A stretch of 56,476 bases of DNA from Selaginella moellendorffii (taxonomy: Eukaryota > Plantae > Lycopodiophyta), in contig NW_003314468.1 of the NCBI RefSeq assembly GCF_000143415.4, positions 1 through 56,476 on the forward strand, in the 5' to 3' direction. The position numbers were made by a program, and so were the translations under genes. The notes below the pieces were generated by a model. The model did no database searches and was not told the DNA's origin. It saw only the letters and a program-made list of their open reading frames with translations. Below, piece by piece: positions 25,434 to 35,381 of this stretch (within the stretch, counting starts at the first letter, position 1; every line of letters begins with the position of its first letter).

Positions 25434-26304
25434 TTTGAGCTGACAGATGAAAAGCTAGTAGCTGGAAATAACGTGAGGCCACACGCCATTCACCACTGCA
25501 TCAGATGTCTTGAGGCTGCATCCTAAGATGGCGTGAGGCTACACGCCATCTGTAACCGGACTGCACTCGAGAGCCCAATCGGTGCATGCCAATGTTGCTA
25601 CTGAATGGCATGTGGCCTCATGCCATTTTCTACTTGGCCTAAAAGACTTACCATTTGAAGTCGAATGGAGGCGTGACAACTGGACTCGCTGGCGAATGTG
25701 CACTGTGTGTGCAGCGGATCGTAGCAGCAAGGCTACTCTGCCACTTACAGTTGGAGAGTGGCGCTGAAATCTCCCGGGACGCCAAGTGGGCTGCGTGTGG
25801 GTGGCGGAGTGGGCGGCGGAGTTGGCGGCGAAGTTACAAACTGGGTGTGTCTTGAAGTGGACGCCGATGCACACGAGCGCGATGCGAGCGCGAGTGTGAT
25901 GCAAGCGCGAGTGGACGCCGATGCACACGAGAAACCTGTAGAGAAGTGGGAGCGCGAGTGGGAGCGCGATGCGAGCGCGAGTGTGCGAGCGCGAGTACGA
26001 AGCAAAATGCAAAACCTAACCTCACACGCGCGAAATGTCACGACGGTTGGTAATCCCGCCATGTCATCATTTCTCGGACTTGGGCGCCACCATTAATTTC
26101 TGGATCGGCGTGCGCATGCGTGAAATCCAAAAGAAATCCGCAACGTCATCATTCCTCAGACTGCATGCACGCGAAATCCAAAAGAAAGATCATGATTGGG
26201 ATATCATTTAATACCCTCGCTATATTTATACCATGCATGATTGGATATTCCAAAGCATCTTGTATTTCCAAAAATGCCAGATGTTCAGCTAAATAAATTG
26301 TCAG

Positions 26305-28245
26305 AGGATGACGTTCAAGCATGTGGGCTCATGCAATTTTGATCCCAAAAAATGCACCAAAAAATGCTCGGCGTCATCTGGCGTTATCTCTTGAATGGCG
26401 TGGGGCCGCATGCCATTTTCAGGAGCATATAGGAGTATATTCCTAGAATATTCTGACACGCGCGAGATTGTTTTGAGTTTCCTGAAGATCCAACCGTTAG
26501 ATCACAACTAGATTTTACAGAATGGTATACAATGTCCTTCTTGATGACTCTGCAAAGAAGCATCTCGATCGGACAGCACAGAGACCANNNNNNNNNNNNN
26601 NNNNNNNNNNNNNNNNNNNNNNNNNNNNNNNNNNNNNNNNNNNNNNNNNNNNNNNNNNNNNNNNNNNNNNNNNNNNNNNNNNNNNNNNNNNNNNNNNNNT
26701 CACAATCAGATGCGGGATCACAAGAAACCAACTTCACTAACTCTGGTTTCACCAAGATCTACGTAAGGAGTTATGAAATGAAAGGACCCTCTCTATTGAA
26801 ATGTGTTTATGGTCCTAGGGGCATTGTGACATATCCAAGGATTTTGCATCAAGTTCTGTATTTGCATGTTTATCAAGCTACTGAATTGCTAAACCCTAAA
26901 CATGTGGCAAATGCTGCGTGAAGAAAGATGCCCTTTCTGGGCAAATGCTGTAAGAGGCAGATGCCGAGCAGATGTATCTCAGGCTAGTGAAGGGGACAAA
27001 CGAAAGCTAGCAACCAAAGGAATGTAAGTAGGGCATGTGTTTGTAAGTTTAAAAATGCCTCAACCACTTAAATTCCCAAGTAAATAAAGCTGTTTCTATT
27101 TTTGGTACAGGTAAACTTTATAGCGTGTGGGCTCATGCAATTTTGAACCCAAAAATGCACCAAAAAATGCTCGACTAGCATTATTCTTTGAATGGCGTGT
27201 GGCCTTATATTGCCATAAATGACACAGCATAATTATTCCTTTACACGGCGAATAATCTTGGAGCACATAGGAGTATATTCCTAGAATATTCTAACACGCG
27301 CGAGATTGTTTTGAGTTTCCTGGAGATCCAACCGTTAGATCGCAACCAGATTTTACAGAATGGTATACAATGTCCTTCTTGATGACCCTGCAAAGAAGCA
27401 TCTCGATCGGACACCACATGAGACCACACGAGCCTTACAATGTTTCAGGGGCATTTGCCATAGATCCGACCGTTATTTTGCTCCAAGATTCTATAGTTTG
27501 GTGTGCATTGACCTTTCCATCGACACTGCAAAGGGACATCACAATCAGATGCGGGATCACAAGAAACCAACTTCACTAACTCTGGTTTCACCAAGATCTA
27601 ACGTAAGGAGTTATGAAATGAAAGGACCCTCTCTATTGAAATGTGTTTATGGTCCTAGGGGCATTGTGACATATCAAAGGATTTTGCATCAAGTTCTGTA
27701 TTTGCATGTTTATCAAGCTACTGAATTGCTAAACCCTAAACCCTAAACCCTAACCCTAAACATGTGGCAAATGCTGCGTGAAGAAAGATGCCCTTTCTGG
27801 GCAAATGCTGTAAGAGGCAGATGCCGAGCAGATGTATCTCAGGCTAGCGAAGGGGACAAACGAAAGCTAGCTATAAACATGACGGGATGCAAATAGATTA
27901 CTAGGCTAGTCCTGCGAAAATCAAAAACCATAATTGAAAACATTGAAAATGCAAAAAGAAAGGTTTATAATATTTTTGAATTTTAAGCAACCAAAGGAAT
28001 GTAAGTAGGGCATGTGTTTGTAAGTTTAAAAATGCCTCAGCCATATAAATTCCCAAGTAAATAAAGCTGTTTCTATTTTTGGTACAGGTAAACTTTATAG
28101 CGTGTGGGCTCATGCAATTTTGAACCCAAAAATGCACCAAAAGATGCTCGACTAGCATTATTCTTTGAATGGCATGTGGCCTTATATTGCCATAAATGGA
28201 CGTACACACACAGCATAATTATTCCTTTACACGGCGAATAATCTT
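26305..28245. repeat. Internal ~1-kb tandem duplication spanning an N gap, in the divergent intergenic region of the transposon
   Basis: 26420-27010 recurs at 27260-27870, and 27010-27260 recurs at 27985-28245. N run at ~26588-26699. Confidence 0.8.
27731..27760 (+). repeat. Short plant telomere-like (CCCTAAA) tract
   Basis: aaaccctaaaccctaaaccctaaccctaaa. The paralogous site at 26891 has a single unit. Confidence 0.7.
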
Positions 28246-28869
28246 GGCGCGGATCGCTGACATGGCATGGCAAAGTTCGAATCACTGACATGGCACAGCT
28301 GGATCGAGGCAAGGACATGATGTGACAAAGTTCAACCTCCGACAGCAAAGTCTAGAAGCTACTCAGTTTGAAATTTGTCAGAGGAATCATAAGATCTGGT
28401 TTGTCAGAGGATTTGATGTGACGTTCAAGCGTGTGTTATTTTTGAATTCTCGAACTCATTCCTAGGTCTATCATTTTTGTGCGCCGTGTTCTTGGTTCCG
28501 CTGAGCGCAGTGAGCGCTGCTTGTGTAAGCGGCGTTGTGAGCTGTGGTTTATGCGTCTACAAGCGGTTGCGGCATTGCGAGCGGCAGTTTATGCGAGTGG
28601 CAGTTTGTGCGAGCGGCGCTACGAGCAGTTGCGGTGTTGCGAGCGGCGCTACGAGTAGTTGCGGTGTTGCGAGAGGCACTGTCTTTGGTGTGGCTACCGC
28701 TTCCTCTTGATATTCGGCACTTGTGCTTCCTGGTATGTTCACCATGGAATGGTTTAGGACCACATTTAGAAATGGCATGAGGCCACATGCCATCTTGGGC
28801 CCTTGCAATTTCATGGCTAGCGTATTGTCATGTATGTTTTTACTTGCCTGCAGCTGTGTGTATATCAAG

Positions 28870-29061
28870 ATGGCATGAGGCCTCATGCCATCTTTGGCCC
28901 CTACTAGCCTATTGCCATATTCCGTTTGCCTTGCTGCAACTGTATATATTTTTGTATGGGTGACGAGTCACGCACACAAAAATATATACAGTTGCAGCAA
29001 GGCAAAAGGAATATAGCAACAGGCTAGCAGGGGCCAAAGATAGCGTGAGGCCTCATGCCAT
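28870..29061. repeat. ~190-bp near-perfect inverted repeat bounded by 22-bp palindromes
   Basis: The arm ctttggcccctactagcctattgccatattccgtttgccttgctgcaactgtatatattttt pairs with aaaaatatatacagttgcagcaaggcaaaaggaatatagcaacaggctagcaggggccaaag. Confidence 0.9.
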
Positions 29062-29240
29062 TAGTGGTACCACTAATGGCATGAGGCCTCATGCCAATTT
29101 TGTGAATGCGAAATTTCACGTGGGTGTCAATAGCATGTTTGAATAATGGCATGTGGCCTCATGCTATTTGGTATGTTATGATTTAGGCCATTCTCCAATC
29201 ATTTTTTGTATGGTCTTAACTTCTTTTCTGCACTTTCAGA

Positions 29241-32200
29241 ATGGCCTTCAGGGTTGGGGAAAAGGTTTACATTTTGAATGGTGGGAAGAGAGTTGCAAAA
29301 GGGACCCTTGTGTCTATGGATCGGAACTTTGTTATACACTGTCAAAGGCTTGGGGAAGGCAATGCTGCTGTATCAGTAGAGACTGTCTTCGATGGGAATG
29401 TGGTCGCTATTGAACGAGGAGAGATGGTCGTCGGGGTAAATGTTGTTGTTGCCTTGAAAAATCTGCAGAAGAAAGCAGATGTTGGGGACAGCGCAAGTGC
29501 GACGCATGTTCCCTCCGTGGATCTTAAGAACCGTGCTACATGGATTCAGGCAAAGGTGTTTCTAAACAACCCCGAGGGGGAGGTGGTAGCTGAGGGCTTA
29601 GCCACAGTTGTCGATCCAAGAGATGCGGTTGCTAATCAAGAATTGGGCTGGGATGATATTGGAGTTGCAATTTTAGAGGTTGTTGACACAGAAGAAAACA
29701 GTCTGACTATTGGAAGCATTGTGCGGTGGAAATTGAGGCATTTAGTGTTTGAGAATGTGAAGGATTCACAATCAAACACCACTACAACTGATGACAGAAC
29801 ATCTCTTCATGGGAAAAGAAAGTACACCTTCCTACAGCGCAGCCAAAGGGATCTGAGCAACGAACCGAAAAGGCAGAAAATGGCGATGGAGGTTCGAATG
29901 GTCTCGACAGTTGCTTGTTGCAAGAGGAGGTGCTGTCAACATGCTGATTGGGATGCTATTGAAGAGGAGAGAGCAAGATACAAGACATTATCCTGGAAGG
30001 CAGCTCGCAATTTTGTGTATGAGGCATTACGGTCATCTGTTGATGCTTCAGAACATCAGGTGGGGGGCATGGTCGTCCAGAGGGGTTTGGTCTACATGAA
30101 GGCATGGAGAATCATTTATGGAGTCCCTCGAACCACATTCTACAGAATCAAAACTGAGTTCGAGGAACAAAGGGTTCAACAGGCAGTCCATGGGAACGAC
30201 GGTACGCACAAAACCAGGGGTCATGTTGTATATGGAGAGGCAATCTTCAAGAGGTTTGTCGAGACATGTAGCGAGCAGCAACCACATAAAACCTGCCTCT
30301 TGGAAGATGGAACACGAGACACCCAACGAGTTCTCCCTTCCATGTATACCAAGGGGGCCATATTGGAAGATGTGAATCGGGAACTCCAGAGTAATGGCTA
30401 CAGGAAGCTGAGCCAATCTAGATTTAGTAGATTGTGGAGCAACAGGTTCAGGGATGTGAGTATAGGAAAGTACTCCAGCTTTTCAAAGTGTGACGAGTGC
30501 ACTGCTATCAAAATGGCTTTGTCGAAGAATTCTTACAGCGCTCAAGAGCGAGAGACGTTGGTTAGAAGGCGGCTCGACCACAACATCGAGCAGAGAAGCT
30601 GCAGGACTGCATATTATCATAACAGGATTCTCTCCATGGAGAGACCTGACTCTTACCTCTGCATCATCCACGACAAAATGGACCAGAAAAAGACGTGCTT
30701 ACCTCGACTCAATCCTGCCCCCAAGGCAATCTCTTCATCCATGCAGCTGCCTGTGTCTCTATTTGGCATAATCGCTCATGGGCATGGTGCCCAGAACTAT
30801 GGGAACTTCTTTGTACCTCTATGGGGTGGCGGGGGTGCAAACATGATGATTGCGTCCCTAGCAAAACACTTAAGGTCTCTGCAAAGTGCGCAGACTGAGC
30901 TGAACGGCCAACCCTTGCATAAGGCCCTTGTCGATCGAACCCCATACAGGGTTCAGCTGGAGGAGGAGCAAAGGCTTGCAGTATCGCGTGGGGCCCCATG
31001 CCATCCTAGTGAATATGTTGGCCGTCAGATTGTAGGGATATCACGTGAGGCCTCATGCCATTCCGACGAGGCTGGTCGCCCGGTGAATGCACAGCCTCAT
31101 CCAAACGAAGCAGAATCTCAAGGAAGTTCTTGCGGCCGATGTGGCCTTCCACCCCATCTTCTGCTCCAAACAGACAATGCTGGCAGTGAGAACAAAAACA
31201 TGTACGTCTTCGCGTACTTGGCGATGCTTGTTGCCAAAGGCATATTTGAAACGGTTACACTTGGCTTTCTCATGGTTGGGCACACTCATGAAGACGTCGA
31301 TGCCATGTTCAGTCACCTGGCAGAGTCCCTCCGGCGATCCAATGTCCTCACCCTCCCACAACTCTACGATGAATTCCAAAATTGCATCAAAGGCACTGTT
31401 GAAGCTGCACTTGTGACAGAGGTTCCAGACTTTAAGGGGTTTGTAAGAGGCTACATCAGGGACGGATCCGAAACGCTGATTGGCCACTCCAAGCCTCTTC
31501 AGTTTCATTTTAGCATGCGTGACGGTGCTCCAGTGATGAGGTACAAGATGAGAGAATGGGACACAGTGTGGCTGCCAGTGGACGGCATTGAACTCTTCAA
31601 GAGAGATTCCATAACTGGGGAACCTATGATTCCTCAGGGTTCCCCACGGCCGATGCACCCGGATGGACTCAAAGACCAGGAAAGTATAGTGGCCGGGATT
31701 AGACAGCATATTGCCTTCTGGAAGAGGGGGTTGGTGTTTGGTAGAGAATCCTATTTTAAGAGGTGCAAGCCTTTGCTCGAATACTGGGAGAAGATTATAT
31801 CTGCTATCCAAAATGGGCCGGTTGTATATGAAGAATTGGAAGAGTCCTTTTGGCCAGAACCCAGAGCACCAGATAGTAGCGGAACAATGTCCTCTGGAAA
31901 TGCAGTGACAGATAACGATGTTGAGGATCACTATTGTGGGCCGAGGAACAAGAAGCCGGATTCAGCATTCAATCCAGTACAGGTCTGCAAAGGAATGGTC
32001 GTGCTTGTCAGACCCAGTAATAAAAAACAAATGATATGGGTGGGGCGCTGCATCACTGATGCAGAGGAGGACGCGGAAACTAACTCCTTCAATGTAACTG
32101 TGGAGTGGTTCAAGCCAAGTTCCGGATATACAAAGGATTGCCTAGAAAAGAGATGGGTGCTGAATCCAAGGGATCCCAGCATGAGCATATCGGTGGATAA

Positions 32201-32382
32201 TGTTGTGCATGGTTGGATGCGGAAGCAGAGTGCCACCATCACCTTGCCAGACCATGCAAGAGATGCAGCAAGAGCATTCATAACCCGGGTTCAAGGTGAG
32301 ATTCATTAATATTCCTTTACTAAGTTTCTAATCTATTTTATTTCAAGGTGAACAATCCGAATCTGAATCAGAGGAGGCGTGA
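29241..32382 (+). CDS. Sola1-like DDD transposase, open ~1030 aa (probable last intron 32296-32347)
   Basis: Uninterrupted 1022-aa ORF. Motifs CCKRRCC, KAWRIIYGVPRTTF, FSKCDEC, IIHDKMDQ, LQTDNAGSENKN and FLMVGHTHEDVDAMFS resemble the Sola1-type D/DN..NKN/GH..E.D pattern. It lies within TIRs with a 4-bp TSD. An acceptor (ctttcag) sits just before the ATG. Confidence 0.85.
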
Positions 32383-32974
32383 TGGCATGTGGCCCTTTGC
32401 ACTAGTATATCTTAATACCGGTCTGAGAAATAGAATGGCATGTGCCCTCAGGCCTTTTACTAAATCACCTTTGAAAGAAATGCAAGCCTCTATGTCGTAA
32501 AAAAAAGGTACTAGAGAAATTCCTTAATAATATGAATGTTATTTAGTTTCATGAAAATACACTAAGGGTCAAATGAGTTAAATGACTTCTCCAGACTAGC
32601 AATGCCTCTTGCTACACCTTCACAATTAGATTCGTTAGAAAAAGATAACATTGAATAATATCTAAATGTTCTCACCATTAAGTTATATGTCTGGCTAATA
32701 GGAATGACGTTCATCTTGGAAAGCTCACCACACGCTCAATGAACAAACAAATAGTGTGTGCGCGCATGCCATCGCTCTTCTTTAGCTTCAGATTCGGCTT
32801 GTTCACCTTGACAATGAGATTTATTATACAACCAGATGGACTCAGTCTGGACACAAAGTCACCGCGCTAGTCACCATGCCCCAGATATGTCTAGCCCCTG
32901 GACAAAAAACATATAATTTCACGTCATTTTCAAATACTTGAAAATTTGTACCTAGTCCCATTTTACTGAATAAA

Positions 32975-32998
32975 TCCCACTTTAACGAAATAGAGCTT
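32975..32998 (-). repeat. Right TIR
   Basis: TCCCACTTTAACGAAATAGAGCTT, the exact reverse complement of the left TIR. Confidence 0.95.
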
Positions 32999-33002
32999 CA
33001 AG

Positions 33003-33700
33003 TTGAAATTCAGCACAGCTTATCACCCACAGACAGGTATGGGGTATTAAGTTAAGTTTGGTGGCACTAATACTTCTTGACAGACGGACAAACGGAAAGG
33101 GTGAATAGGCAGCTGGAGGATTATTTGCCATGCTATGTCTCGAGAGACCATACCGATTGGGTAAGTCATTTGGGACTTGCGGAAATGTGTTATAACAACT
33201 CACCACATTTGAGTATCGGGGTGAGTCCATGGGAAGTCATCAATGGGCGAGCTATTGAAGGTCCTGTGGAGGTTGGCGTGGCCGAGTACCATGGAGAGTT
33301 ACCCGCAGTGGAGGCATTCACAGCGGAAAGGCTCAGCATTCGGAATCTAGTGAGGAATTCCTTGGAACGGGCTCAACAAAGGCAAACCAAGTACACGAAC
33401 CAGAAGTGTCAGGATGTAGAGTTCCAAGCTGGGGAGAAGGTGTGGCTGAACACCAAGAACCTCAGGCTACCTAGTGGGATCAGCTGAAAGTTGACCCAAA
33501 GGTAAAAATGCAAGTATTCTTGTAAATGAATTGATCTTGAGTTCCTTAAGCAGGTTCGTGGGGCCTTACGAGATTGAGGCACGAATTGGTAAAGTGGCTT
33601 ACCGTCTCTGACTTCCTCGAGAGATGGGGAAGATGCACCCAGTGTTCCACATGAACTTACTCAAGCCGTACTTTGAGGATCCACTTCGCAAGGACCAAGT
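33003..33700 (+). pseudogene. pol: C-terminal part of the gypsy integrase (core end + GPY/F region), with two intron-like inserts
   Basis: [23 protein letters not shown]...KVWL...KLTQ-R-FVGPYEI...AYRL...HPVFH. The frame is restored only by removing 33037-33083 and 33502-33553. Confidence 0.9.
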
Positions 33701-33704
33701 GAGT

Positions 33705-35168
33705 GGGATGCTAGGAACCTGGAGGTTTAGTGTGCTTGGCTGCTTGTGCCTGTGGGGAGTGTAGCTGAACCTTAAGTCCAGTCTAACCTGGGGAGGGGGA
33801 TTGGGAGAGATTTGGGAATCTGTGGATGGATGGCTAATGCTCCGTTGCTTGTGCAGTGAATAGTTAAAACCAAGTAGGACCAAGTAGGAGCTGGTACAAT
33901 AGGTAGGAACCTTGGTGTAGCGCACGTGGTTTTTATGCAAACACCCATGGTGATTTACCATAGGATAACACCACGAAGCAGAACCTAAACCCCTTTTGTG
34001 CCATATGACAGATGCCACATGTCACATGCCACATGTCCAAAGGAACGTGGTGTGGAACTCAAGGTTCAGGGCCTTGGGCCACTGAACGAAGGAACAGTGC
34101 CAAACTCCCAAGTGTGGAGCCAAGGAGTGATAGAATCGAACCACGGAACAACTCCCGAACATACAGCCCAAGGAGCGAAGGGACAGGAGCCTGGAGCGAC
34201 TTGGAATAGTCCTGGAGCAACCAGCATCCTAATGCCAGGACTAGCATGCAAAATGGAACCAAACGGAGTCTGGCACTATTTCGGCATACCGGTGGCCTAA
34301 CGCGAGGATATGGGTACCCCACCAACTAGCATGGTATGGAACTTAGGCTTAGACCCAAGCCGGACGCAGAACAAAGATAGGCACGCAAGCGGAAGCTAGA
34401 CTATGCCTCTGGTTGGTCGGCCATGCCCGACCTACCCACTATCCCTACTATACATTTGGAACCCCCCACAGCCTCCCCCCCCTGCCCCCCCCTTCCCCCC
34501 TTCAGGAACACACGCTTTGGGCTTTCACCCCAAGCCTCTAGTATCAGGAGTTAGTCTCTGGGACAAGCTCGAAACTTATTAAATATGGAATGTCCTTAAA
34601 TTGCAAATTTGGACACAGGACGAACACCATTGTGTTCAGGCCGATCTCTATATTCCGTAGATATGCCAAATGAGCAAATCTGGACACTTTCCATAAATAG
34701 TATTTGGGACCAAAATGAGACTAATACAAAGGGCATGATAGTGAGGGTGTTTGGCAAACACGGTAAGCTATCATCTAGCGATATTGAGGGACCAATCTCA
34801 ATACGCGAGGGTTCTTGTCACTAGCAAGTGCAAGACAAAATGAGATGGGAACTTCTTACTGGGCTAAGTATGCTTAGCTAATAACACGTAGGAATTCCAT
34901 CCTTATACTTGTCCGGTCTAAGTACACTCGAAATGCCCAGTTAACTCCACTAGCACAAGAGGGACTAATAAAGGGTCTAGCAATACCAACCTCCTACCAT
35001 CGTGGCAGTAAAGTAAGAGTGTCAGTAAGGACTGGTCGGCAGGTAACTTTCAATACCCGAAGTCACATGTGCGACACTTGGTGAGGGAACTTAGCAAAAG
35101 CCAAGGCAGTGTTAGTCGGATAGACAAGGTAAGCTGGCAAAGTGGAAAGAAAAAATTTGTGGCTTACA
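33705..35168 (+). repeat. 5'-truncated 3' LTR of gypsy A, split by the solo LTR-B
   Basis: Matches 13956-14243 once 33916-35081 is removed. Ends CTTACA, followed by the TSD. Confidence 0.85.
33916..35076 (+). mobile_element. Solo LTR, family B (1161 bp)
   Basis: TG...CA ends. 5-bp TSD CTTGG at 33911-33915 and 35077-35081. Inverted homolog of 12215-13113 + 35174-35381. Confidence 0.92.
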
Positions 35169-35173
35169 CCTTT

Positions 35174-35381
35174 GCTTCTTGGGCTGTATACTTAGAAGTT
35201 GCTCTGTGGTTTGGTTCCGACACTCATGTTTAGGAGTTTGGCTCCATTCCTTTGTTCAGTGGCCCAAGGCCCTGAAACTTGGGTTCCACACCACTATCCT
35301 TTGGACACATGGCATGTGACATGTGGTGCCACATAGAAGGTTTAGGTTCCATTTTATGGTTATCTTATGGTAAATCACCAT
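35174..35381 (-). mobile_element. LTR family B, right part (terminus lost)
   Basis: Reverse complement of ~33950-34178. It continues the sequence broken at 13113. Confidence 0.85.

Larger units (their letters stand above)
19571..32998. mobile_element. 13.4-kb TIR DNA transposon, Sola1-like
   Basis: Perfect 24-bp TIRs AAGCTCTATTTCGTTAAAGTGGGA. 4-bp TSD CAAG at 19567-19570 and 32999-33002. Removing the element restores integrase YRTK|[11 protein letters not shown]. Confidence 0.93.
13114..35168 (+). mobile_element. Decayed Ty3/gypsy LTR retrotransposon (family A) carrying nested insertions
   Basis: Termini TGTAAG...CTTACA. 5-bp TSD CCTTT at 13109-13113 and 35169-35173. PBS present. Domain order gag-PR-RT-RH-IN. 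Many premature stops. Confidence 0.9.

Noticed and set aside
26384-27746. ORFs around the N gap
   Set aside because: They lie in a duplicated, probably non-coding region, span Ns and show no motifs. The duplication itself could partly be an assembly artefact.
31053-31931. 292-aa antisense ORF within the transposase
   Set aside because: A shadow ORF with no recognisable motifs.
19668-32456. Palindromic repeats as a CRISPR or REP array
   Set aside because: Irregular spacing, degenerate copies, no cas or RAYT genes, and a eukaryotic context.
19571-32998. Classification as CACTA, hAT, Mutator or Helitron
   Set aside because: The termini are not CACTA, the TSD is 4 bp (not 3, 8 or 9-11), TIRs are present and there is no Rep/helicase.
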